64,000 nucleotides of DNA, from contig NC_086108.1 of NCBI RefSeq assembly GCF_963921235.1, positions 102,922,001 through 102,986,000 on the forward strand. The letters are read 5' to 3'. Both the position numbers and the translations under genes were made by a program. Shown one piece after another: positions 13,906 to 25,900 of the stretch. Position 1 is the first letter of the stretch. The number at the start of each line of letters is the position of its first letter. The notes beneath the pieces were generated by a model, which had not been told where the DNA came from, made no database searches, and saw only the letters and a program-made list of their open reading frames with translations. This stretch comes from Mobula hypostoma. Taxonomy: Eukaryota.

Positions 13906-16900
13906 CAGCAGAGAGAGAGAGGGTTCCATTGACAGCAGAGAGAGAGAGGGTTCCATTGACAGCAGAGAGAGAGAAGGTTCCATTGACAGCAGAGAGAGAG
14001 AGGGTTCCATTGACAGCAGAGAGAGAGAGGGTTCCATTGACAGCAGAGAGAGAGAAGGTTCCATTGACAGCAGAGAGAGAGAGGTTCCATTGACAGCAGA
14101 GAGAGAGAGGTTCCATTGACAGCAGAGAGAGAGAGGTTCCATTGACAGCAGAGAGGGAGAGGGTTCCATTGACAGTAGAGAGAGAGGGTTCCATTGACAG
14201 CAGAGAGAGGTTCCATTGACAGCAGAGAGAGAGGGTTCCATTAACAGCAGAGAGAGAGAAGGTTCCATTGACAGCAGAGAGAGAGAGGGTTCCATTGACA
14301 GCAGAGAGAGAGTGGTTACATTGACAGCAGAGAGAGAGAGCGTTCCATTGACAGCAGAGAGAGAGAGGTTCCATTGACAGCAGAGAGAGAGAGGGTTCCA
14401 TTGACAGCAGAGAGAGAGGTTCCATTGACAGCAGAGGGAGAGAGGGTTCCATTGACAGCAGAGAGAGAGAGAGAGGTTCCATTGACAGCAGAGAGAGAGA
14501 GGTTCCATTGACAGCAGAGAGGGAGAGGGTTCCATTGACAGTAGAGAGAGAGGGTTCCATTGACAGCAGAGAGGGAGAGGGTTCCATTGACAGCAGAGAG
14601 AGAGAGGGTTCCATTGACAGCAGAGAGAGAGAGGGTTCCATTGACAGCAGAGAGAGAGGGTTCCATTGACAGCAGAGAGGGAGAGGGTTCCATTGACAGC
14701 AGAGATAGAGGTTCCATTGACAGCAGAGAGAGAGAGGGTTCCATTGACAGCAGAGAGAGAGAGAGGGTTCCATTGACAGCAGAGAGGGAGAGGGTTCCAT
14801 TGACAGCAGAGATAGAGAGGGTTCCATTGACAGCAGAGAGAGAGAGGGTTCCATTGACAGCAGAGAGAGAGGGTTCCATTGACAGCAGAGATAGAGGGTT
14901 CCATTGACAGCAGAGAGAGAGAGGGTTCCATTGACAGCAGAGAGAGAGAGGGTTCCATTGACAGCAGAGAGAGAGGTTCCATTGACAGCAGAGAGAGAGA
15001 GGGTTCCATTGACAGCAGAGAGAGAGAGGGTTCCATTGACAGCAGAGAGAGAGGTTCCATTGACAGCAGAGAGAGAGAGGTTCCATTGACAGCAGAGAGA
15101 GAGAGGGTCCCATTGACAGCAGAGAGAGAGAGGGTTCCATTGACAGCAGAGAGAGAGAGGGTTCCATTGACAGTAGAGAGAGAGGGTTCCATTGACAGCA
15201 GAGAGAGAGAGGGTTCCATTGACAGCAGAGAGAGAGGGGGTTCCATTGACAGCAGAGAGAGAGGTTCCATTGACAGCAGAGAAAGAGGGGTTCCATTGAC
15301 AGCAGAGAGAGAGGGGTTCCATTGACAGCAGAGAGAGAGGGGTTCCATTGACAGCAGAGATAGAGGGGTTCCATTGACAGCAGAGAGAGAGGGGTTCCAT
15401 TGACAGTAGAGAGAGAGGGTTCCATTGACAGCAGAGAGAGAGGGTTCCATTGACAGTAGAGAGAGAGAGGGTTCCATTGACAGCAGAGAGAGAGGTTCCA
15501 TTGACAGCAGAGAGAGAGAGGGTTCCATTGACAGCAGAGAGAGAGAGGGTTCCATTGACAGCAGAGAGAGAGAGGGTTCCATTGACAGCAAAGAGGGAGG
15601 TTCCATTGACAGCAGAGAGAGAGAGGGTTCCATTGACAGCAGAGAGAGAGGTTCCATTGACAGCAGAGAGAGAGAGGGTTCCATTGACAGCAGAGAGGGA
15701 GAGGGTTCCATTGACAGCAGAGATAGAGAGGGTTCCATTGACAGCAGAGAGAGAGGTTCCATTGACAGCAGAGAGAGAGAGGGTTCCATTGACAGCAGAG
15801 AGAGAGGGTTCCATTGACAGCAGAGATAGAGGGTTCCATTGACAGCAGAGAGAGAGAGGGTTCCATTGACAGCAGAGAGAGAGAGGGTTCCATTGACAGC
15901 AGAGAGAGAGGTTCCATTGACAGCAGAGAGAGAGGGGGTTCCATTGACAGCAGAGAGAGAGAGGGTTCCATTGACAGCAGAGAGAGAGGTTCCATTGACA
16001 GCAGAGAGAGAGGGTTCCATTGACAGCAGAGAGAGAGAGGGTTCCATTGACAGCAGAGAGAGAGGGTTCCATTGACAGCAGAGAGGGAGAGGGTTCCATT
16101 GACAGCAGAGATAGAGGTTCCATTGACAGCAGAGAGAGAGAGGGTTCCATTGACAGCAGAGAGAGAGGTTCCATTGACAGCAGAGAGAGAGAGAGGGTTC
16201 CATTGACAGCAGAGAGGGAGAGGGTTCCATTGACAGCAGAGATAGAGAGGGTTCCATTGACAGCAGAGAGAGAGAGGGTTCCATTGACAGCAGAGAGAGA
16301 GGGTTCCATTGACAGCAGAGATAGAGGGTTCCATTGACAGCAGAGAGAGAGAGGGTTAGATTGACAGCAGAGAGAGAGAGGGTTCCATTGACAGCAGAGA
16401 GAGAGGTTCCATTGACAGCAGAGAGAGAGAGGGTTCCATTGACAGCAGAGAGAGAGAGGGTTCCATTGACAGCAGAGAGAGAGGTTCCATTGACAGCAGA
16501 GAGAGAGAGGTTCCATTGACAGCAGAGAGAGAGAAGGTTCCATTGACAGCAGAGAGAGAGAGGGTTCCATTGACAGCAGAGAGAGAGTGGTTCCATTGAC
16601 AGCAGAGAGAGAGAGGGTTCCATTGACAGCAGAGAGAGAGAGGTTCCATTGACAGCAGAGAGAGAGAGAGGTTCCATTGACAGCAGAGAGAGAGAGGTTC
16701 CATTGACAGCAGAGAGGGAGAGGGTTCCATTGACAGTAGAGAGAGAGGGTTCCATTGACAGCAGAGAGGGAGAGGGTTCCATTGACAGCAGAGAGAGAGA
16801 GGGTTCAATTGACAGCAGAGAGAGAGAGGGTTCCATTGACAGCAGAGAGAGAGGGTTCCATTGACAGCAGAGAGGGAGAGGGTTCCATTGACAGCAGAGA

Positions 16901-19900
16901 TAGAGGTTCCATTGACAGCAGAGAGAGAGAGGGTTCCATTGACAGCAGAGAGAGAGAGAGGGTTCCATTGACAGCAGAGAGGGAGAGGGTTCCATTGACA
17001 GCAGAGATAGAGAGGGTTCCATTGACAGCAGAGAGAGAGAGGGTTCCATTGACAGCAGAGAGAGAGGGTTCCATTGACAGCAGAGAGAGAGGGTTCCATT
17101 GACAGCAGAGAGAGAGAGGGTTCCATTGACAGCAGAGAGAGAGGTTCCATTGACAGCAGAGGGAGAGGGTTCCATTGACAGCAGAGAGAGAGAGGGTTCC
17201 ATTGACAGCAGAGAGAGAGGTTCCATTGACAGCAGAGAGAGAGAGGTTCCATTGACAGCAGAGAGAGAGGGTCCATTGACAGCAGAGAGAGAGAGGGTTC
17301 CATTGACAGCAGAGAGAGAGGGTTCCATTGACAGCAGAGGGAGAGGGTTCCATTGACAGCAGAGAGAGGTTCCATTGACAGCAGAGAGAGAGGTTCCATT
17401 GACAGCAGAGAGAGAGAGGGTTCCATTGACAGAGAGAGAGAGAGGGTTCCATTGACAGAGAGAGAGAGGGTTCCATTGACAGCAGAGAGAGAGAGGGTTC
17501 CATTGACAGCAGAGAGAGAGGGTTCCATTGACAGCAGAGAGAGAGGTTCCATTGACAGCAGAGAGAGAGAGGGTTCCATTGACAGCAGAGAGAGAGGGTT
17601 CCATTGACAGCAGAGAGAGAGAGGGTTCCATTGACAGCAGAGAGAGAGAGGGTTCCATTGACAGCAGAGAGAGAGGGGTTCCATTGACAGCAGAGAGAGA
17701 GGGTTCCATTGACAGCAGAGAGAGAGGGTTCCATTGACAGTAGAGAGAGAGGGTTCCATTGACAGCAGAGAGAGAGGGTTCCATTGACAGCAGAGAGAGA
17801 GGGTTCCATTGAGGGTTCCATTGACAGAGAGAGAGAGGGTTCCATTGACAGCAGAGAGAGAGGGTTCCATTGACAGCAGAGAGGGAGAGGGTTCCATTGA
17901 CAGCAGAGAGAGAGGTTCCATTGACAGCAGAGAGAGAGAGGGTTCCATTGACAGCAGAGAGAGAGAGAGAGGGTTCCATTGACAGCAGAGAGAGAGGGTT
18001 CCATTGACAGCAGAGAGAGAGGGTTCCATTGACAGCAGAGATAGAGGGTTCCATTGACAGCAGAGAGAGAGAGGGTTCCATTGACAGCAGAGAGAGAGAG
18101 GGTTCCATTGACAGCAGAGAGAGAGAGGGTTCCATTGACAGCAGAGAGAGAGAGAGAGGTTCCATTGACAGCAGAGAGAGAGAGGGTTCCATTGACAGCA
18201 GAGATAGAGGGTTCCATTGACAGCAGAGAGAGAGAGGGTTCCATTGACAGCAGAGAGAGAGAGGGTTCCATTGACAGCAGAGAGAGAGGTTCCATTGACA
18301 GCAGAGAGAGAGAGAGGGTTCCATTGACAGCAGAGAGAGAGAGGGTCCCATTGACAGCAGAGAGAGAGAGGGTTCCATTGACAGCAGAGAGAGAGGGTTC
18401 CATTGACAGCAGAGGGAGAGGGTTCCATTGACAGCAGAGAGAGAGGGTTTCCATTGACAGCAGAGAGAGAGGTTGCATTGACAGCAGAGAGAGAGAGAGG
18501 GTTCCATTGACAGCAGAGAGAGAGAGGGTTCCATTGACAGTAGAGAGAGAGGGTTCCATTGACAGCAGAGAGAGAGGGTTCCATTGACAGCAGAGAGAGA
18601 GGGGGTTCCATTGACAGCAGAGAGAGAGGTTCCATTGACAGCAGAGAAAGAGGGGTTCCATTGACAGCAGAGAGAGAGGGGTTCCATTGACAGCAGAGAG
18701 AGAGGGGTTCCATTGACAGCAGAGATAGAGGGGTTCCATTGACAGCAGAGAGAGAGGGGTTCCATTGACAGTAGAGAGAGAGGGTTCCATTGACAGCAGA
18801 GAGAGAGGGTTCCATTGACAGCAGAGAGAGAGAGGGTTCCATTGACAGCAGAGAGAGAGGTTCCATTGACAGCAGAGAGAGAGAGGGTTCCATTGACAGC
18901 AGAGAGAGAGAGGGTTCCATTGACAGCAGAGAGAGAGGTTCCATTGACAGCAGAGAGAGAGAGGGTTCCATTGACAGCAGAGAGAGAGGTTCCATTGACA
19001 GCAGAGAGAGAGAGGGTTCCATTGACAGCAGAGAGGGAGAGGGTTCCATTGACAGCAGAGATAGAGAGGGTTCCATTGACAGCAGAGAGAGAGAGGGTTC
19101 CATTGACAGCAGAGAGAGAGGGTTCCATTGACAGCAGAGATAGAGGGTTCCATTGACAGCAGAGAGAGAGAGGGTTCCATTGACAGCAGAGAGAGAGAGG
19201 GTTCCATTGACAGCAGAGAGAGAGGTTCCATTGACAGCAGAGAGAGAGAGGGTTCCATTGACAGCAGAGAGAGAGGGTTCCATTGACAGCAGAGAGAGAG
19301 GGTTCCATTGACAGCAGAGAGAGAGGGTTCCATTGACAGCAGAGAGAGAGAGGGTTCCATTGACAGCAGAGAGAGAGAGGGTTCCATTGACAGCAGAGAG
19401 AGAGGGTTCCATTGACAGCAGAGAGAGAGAGGGTTCCATTGACAGCAGAGAGAGAGAGGGTTCCATTGACAGCAGAGAGAGAGAGAGGTTCCATTGACAG
19501 CAGAGAGAGAGAGGGTTCCATTGACAGCAGGAGAGGGTTCCATTGACAGCAGAGAGAGAGGGTTCCATTGACAGCAGAGAGAGAGAGGTTCCATTGACAG
19601 CAGAGAGAGAGAGGTTCCATTGACAGCAGAGAGAGAGAGGGTTCCATTGACAGCAGAGAGAGAGGTTCCATTGACAGCAGAGAGAGAGGGTTCCATTGAC
19701 AGCAGAGAGAGAGAGGTTCCATTGACAGCAGAGAGAGAGGGTTCCATTGACAGCAGAGAGAGAGGGTTCCATTGACAGCAGAGAGAGAGAGGGTTCCATT
19801 GACAGCAGAGAGAGAGGGTTCCATTGACAGCAGAGAGAGAGGGTTCCATTGACAGCAGAGAGGAGAGGGTTCCATTGACAGCAGAGAGAGAGAGGGTTCC

Positions 19901-22900
19901 ATTGACAGCAGAGAGAGAGAGGGTTCCATTGACAGCAGAGAGAGAGGGTTCCATTGACAGCAGAGAGAGAGAGAGGGTTCCATTGACAGCAGAGAGAGAG
20001 AGGGTTCCATTGACAGCAGAGAAGAGAGGGTTCCATTGACAGAGGAGAGAGGGTTCCATTGACAGCAGAGAGAGAGGGTTCCATTGACAGCAGAGAGAGA
20101 GAGGGTTCCATTGACAGCGAGAGAGAGAGGGTTCCATTGACAGCAGAGAGAGAGAGGGTTCCATTGACAGCAGAGAGAGAGGTTCCATTGACAGCAGAGA
20201 GAGAGGGTTCCATTGACAGCAGAGAGAGAGAGGGTTCCATTGACAGCAGAGAGAGAGAGGGTTCCATTGACAGCAGAGAGAGAGGGTTCCATTGACAGCA
20301 GAGAGAGAGAGGTTCCATTGACAGCAGAGAGAGAGAGGGTTCCATTGACAGCAGAGAGAGGGTTCCATTGAGCAGAGAGAGAGGTTCCATTGAGAGCAGA
20401 GAGAGAGAGGGTTCCATTGACAGCAGAGAGAGAGAGGGTTCCATTGACAGCAGAGAGAGAGAGGGTTCCATTGACAGCAGAGAGAGAGGGTTCCATTGAC
20501 AGCAGAGAGAGAGAGGGTTCCATTGACAGCAGAGAGAGAGAGGGTTCCATTGACAGCAGAGGGATTGACAGCAGAGAGAGGGTTCCATTGACAGCAGAGA
20601 GAGAGAGGGTTCCATTGACAGCAGACAGAGAGAGAGGGTTCCATTGACAGCAGAGAGAGGGTTCCATTGACAGCAGAGAGAGAGGGTTCCATTGACAGCA
20701 GAGAGAGAGAGGGTTCCATTGACAGCAGAGAGAGAGAGGGTTCCATTGACAGCAGAGAGAGAGAGGGTTCCATTGACAGCAGAGAGAGAGAGGGTTCCAT
20801 TGACAGCAGAGAGAGAGAGGGTTCCATTGACAGCAGAGAGAGAGGGTTCCATTGACAGCAGAGAGAGAGAGGGTTCCATTGACAGCAGAGAGGGTTCCAT
20901 TGACAGCAGAGAGAGAGAGGGTTCCATTGACAGCAGAGAGAGAGAGGGTTCCATTGACAGTTCCATTGACAGAGAGAGAGAGGGTTCCATTGACAGCAGA
21001 GAGAGAGAGGGTTCCATTGACAGCAGAGAGAGAGGTTCCATTGACAGCAGAGAGAGAGGGTTCCATTGACAGCAGAGAGAGAGAGGGTTCCATTGACAGC
21101 AGAGAGAGAGAGGTTCCATTGACAGCAGAGAGAGAGAGGGTTCCATTGACAGCAGAGAGAGAGGTTCCATTGACAGCAGAGAGAGAGAGGGTTCCATTGA
21201 CAGCAGAGAGAGAGAGAGAGGTTCCATTGACAGCAGAGAGAGAGAGGTTCCATTGACAGCAGAGAGGGAGAGGGTTCCATTGACAGCAGAGAGAGAGGGT
21301 TCCATTGACAGCAGAGAGAGAGGGTTCCATTGACAGCAGAGAGAGAGGTTCCATTGACAGCAGAGAGAGTGAGGGTTCCATTGACAGCAGAGAGAGAGGG
21401 TTCCATTGACAGCAGAGAGAGAGAGGGTTCCATTGACAGCAGAGAGAGAGGGTTCCATTGACAGCAGAGAGAGAGAGGGTTCCATTGACAGCAGAGAGAG
21501 AGAGGGTTCCATTGACAGCAGAGAGAGAGGGTTCCATTGACAGCAGAGAGAGAGAGGGTTCCATTGACAGCAGAGAGAGAGAGGGTTCCATTGACAGCAG
21601 AGAGAGAGGTTCCATTGACAGCAGAGAGAGAGGGTTCCATTGACAGCAGAGAGAGAGAGGGTTCCATTGACAGCAGAGAGAGAGGGTTCCATTGACAGCA
21701 GAGAGAGAGAGGGTTCCATTGACAGCAGAGAGAGAGGTTCCATTGACAGCAGAGAGAGAGAGGGTTCCATTGACAGCAGAGAGAGAGGTTCCATTGACAG
21801 CAGAGAGAGAGAGAGGGTTCCATTGACAGCAGAGAGAGAGAGGGTTCCATTGACAGCAGAGAGAGAGAGGGTTCCATTGACAGCAGAGAGAGAGAGGGTT
21901 CCATTGACAGCAGAGAGAGAGGGTTCCATTTACAGCAGAGATAGAGGGTTCCATTGACAGCAGAGAGAGAGAGGGTTCCATTGACAGCAGAGAGAGAGAG
22001 GGTTCCATTGACAGCAGAGAGAGAGAGGGTTCCATTGACAGCAGAGAGAGAGGTTCCATTGACAGCAGAGAGAGAGAGGGTTCCATTGACAGCAGAGAGA
22101 GAGAGGGTTCCATTGACAGCAGAGAGAGAGGTTCCATTGACAGCAGAGAGAGAGAGGTTCCATTGACAGCAGAGAGAGAGAGGGTTCCATTGACAGCAGA
22201 GAGAGAGAGGGTTCCATTGACAGCAGAGAGAGAGTGGTTCCATTGACAGCAGAGAGAGAGAGGGTTCCATTGACAGCAGAGAGAGAGAGGTTCCATTGAC
22301 AGCAGAGAGAGAGAGGGTTCCATTGACAGCAGAGAGAGAGGTTCCATTGACAGCAGAGAGAGAGAGGGTTCCATTGACAGCAGAGAGAGAGGGTTCCATT
22401 GACAGCAGAGAGAGAGAGGGTTCCATTGACAGCAGAGAGAGAGGGTTCCATTGACAGCAGAGAGAGAGGGTTCCATTGACAGCAGAGAGAGAGGGTTCCA
22501 TTGACAGCAGAGAGAGAGAGGGTTCCATTGACAGCAGAGAGAGAGAGGGTTCCATTGACAGCAGAGAGAGAGAGGGTTCCATTGACAGCAGAGAGAGAGA
22601 GGGTTCCATTGACAGCAGAGAGAGAGAGGGTTCCATTGACAGCAGAGAGAGAGAGGGTTCCATTGACAGCAGAGAGAGAGAGGGTTCCATTGACAGCAGA
22701 GAGAGAGAGGGTTCCATTGACAGCAGAGAGAGAGAGGGTTCCATTGACAGCAGAGAGAGAGAGGGTTCCATTGACAGCAGAGAGAGAGGGTTCCATTGAC
22801 AGCAGAGAGAGAGAGGGTTCCATTGACAGCAGAGAGAGGGTTCCAGACAGAGAGAGAGAGGGTTCCATTGACAGCAGAGAGAGAGAGGGTTCCATTGACA

Positions 22901-25900
22901 GCAGAGAGAGAGGGTTCCATTGACAGCAGAGAGAGAGAGGGTTCCATTGACAGCAGAGAGAGAGGGTTCCATTGACAGCAGAGAGAGAGGGTTCCATTGA
23001 CAGCAGAGAGAGAGAGGGTTCCATTGACAGCAGAGAGAGAGAGGGTTCCATTGACAGCAGAGAGAGAGGGTTCCATTGACAGCAGAGAGAGAGGGTTCCA
23101 TTGACAGCAGAGAGAGAGAGGGTTCCATTGACAGCAGAGAGAGAGGTTCCATTGACAGCAGAGAGAGAGGGTTCCATTGACAGCAGAGAGAGAGAGGGTT
23201 CCATTGACAGCAGAGAGAGAGGGTTCCATTGACAGCAGAGAGAGAGGGTTCCATTGACAGCAGAGAGAGAGAGGGTTCCATTGACAGCAGAGAGAGAGGG
23301 TTCCATTGACAGCAGAGAGAGAGGTTCCATTGACAGCAGAGAGAGAGAGAGGGTTCCATTGACAGCAGAGAGAGAGAGGGTTCCATTGACAGCAGAGAGA
23401 GAGGGTTCCATTGACAGCAGAGAGAGAGGGTTCCATTGACAGCAGAGAGAGAGGGTTCCATTGACAGCAGAGAGAGAGGGTTCCATTGACAGCAGAGAGA
23501 GAGGGTTCCATTGACAGCAGAGAGAGAGAGGGTTCCATTGACAGCAGAGAGAGAGGTTCCATTGACAGCAGAGAGAGAGAGGGTTCCATTGACAGCAGAG
23601 AGAGAGAGGGTTCCATTGACAGTTCCATTGACAGCAGAGAGAGAGGGTTCCATTGACAGCAGAGAGAGAGAGGGTTCCATTGACAGCAGAGAGAGAGGTT
23701 CCATTGACAGCAGAGAGAGAGAGGGTTCCATTGACAGCAGAGAGAGAGGGTTCCATTGACAGCAGAGAGAGAGAGGGTTCCATTGACAGCAGAGAGAGAG
23801 AGGGTTCCATTGACAGCAGAGAGAGAGGTTCCATTGACAGCAGAGAGAGAGGGTTCCATTGACAGCAGAGAGAGAGAGGGTTCCATTGACAGCAGAGAGA
23901 GAGAGGTTCCATTGACAGCAGAGAGAGAGGGTTCCATTGACAGCAGAGAGAGAGAGGGTTCCATTGACAGCAGAGAGAGAGAGGTTCCATTGACAGCAGA
24001 GAGAGAGAGGGTTCCATTGACAGCAGAGAGAGAGGTTCCATTGACAGCAGAGAGAGAGGGTTCCATTGACAGCAGAGAGAGAGAGAGGGTTCCATTGACA
24101 GCAGAGAGAGAGAGGGTTCCATTGACAGCAGAGAGGAGAGGGTTCCATTGACAGCAGAGAGAGAGGGTTCCATTGACAGCAGAGAGAGAGAGGGTTCCAT
24201 TGACAGCAGAGAGAGAGAGGGTTCCATTGACAGCAGAGAGAGAGGGTTCCAGACAGCAGAGAGAGAGGGTTCCATTGACAGCAGAGAGAGAGAGGGTTCC
24301 ATTGACAGCAGAGAGAGAGAGGGTTCCATTGACAGCAGAGAGAGAGGGTTCCATTGACAGCAGAGAGAGAGGGTTCCATTGACAGCAGAGAGAGAGAGGG
24401 TTCCATTGACAGCAGAGAGAGAGGGTTCCATTGACAGCAGAGAGAGAGAGGGTTCCATTGACAGCAAGAGAGAGAGGGTTCCATTGACAGCAGAGAGAGA
24501 GGGTTCCATTGACAGCAGAGAGAGAGAGGGTTCCATTGACAGCAGAGAGAGGGTTCCATTGACAGCAGAGAGAGAGAGGGTTCCATTGACAGCAGAGAGA
24601 GAGGGTTCCATTGACAGCGAGAGAGAGAGGGTTCCATTGACAGCAGAGAGAGAGGGTTCCATTGACAGCGAGAGAGAGAGGGTTCCATTGACAGCAGAGA
24701 GAGAGAGGTTCCATTGACAGCAGAGAGGAGAGGGTTCCATTGACAGCAGAGAGAGAGGGTTCCATTGACAGCAGAGAGAGAGAGAGGGTTCCATTGACAG
24801 AGAGAGAGAGGGTTCCATTGACAGCAGAGAGAGAGAGGGTTCCATTGACAGCAGAGAGAGAGAGGTTCCATTGACAGCAGAGAGAGAGAGGGTTCCATTG
24901 ACAGCAGAGAGAGAGGGTTCCATTGACAGCAGAGAGAGAGGGTTCCATTGACAGCAGAGAGAGAGGGTTCCATTGACAGCAGAGAGAGAGAGGGTTCCAT
25001 TGACAGCAGAGAGAGAGGTTCCATTGACAGCAGAGAGAGAGAGGGTTCCATTGACAGCAGAGAGAGAGAGGGTTCCATTGACAGCAGAGAGAGAGGGTTC
25101 CATTGACAGCAGAGAGAGAGAGGGTTCCATTGACAGCAGAGAGAGAGGGTTCCATTGACAGCAGAGAGAGAGGGTTCCATTGACAGCAGAGAGAGAGAGG
25201 GTTCCATTGACAGCAGAGAGAGAGAGGGTTCCATTGACAGCAGAGAGAGAGGTTCCATTGACAGCAGAGAGAGAGAGGGTTCCATTGACAGCAGAGAGAG
25301 AGTGGTTCCATTGACAGCAGAGAGAGAGAGGGTTCCATTGACAGCAGAGAGAGAGAGGGTTCCATTGACAGCAGAGAGAGAGGGTTCCATTGACAGCAGA
25401 GAGAGAGAGGGTTCCATTGACAGCAGAGGAGAGAGTTCCATTGAGAGAGAGGGTTCCATTGACAGCAGAGAGAGAGGGTTCCATTGACAGCAGAGAGAGA
25501 GAGGGTTCCATTGACAGCAGAGAGAGAGAGGGTTCCATTGACAGCAGAGAGAGAGGTTCCATTGACAGCAGAGAGAGAGAGAGGGTTCCATTGACAGCAG
25601 AGAGAGAGAGGGTTCCATTGACAGGTTCCATTGACAGCAGAGAGAGGGTTCCATTGACAGCAGAGAGAGAGAGGGTTCCATTGACAGCAGAGAGAGAGAG
25701 GGTTCCATTGACAGCAGAGAGAGAGAGGGTTCCATTGACAGCAGAGAGAGAGAGGGTTCCATTGACAGCAGAGAGAGAGGGTTCCATTGACAGCAGAGAG
25801 AGAGGGTTCCATTGACAGCAGAGAGAGAGAGGGTTCCATTGACAGCAGAGAGAGAGGGTTCCATTGACAGCAGAGAGAGAGGGTTCCATTGACAGCAGAG

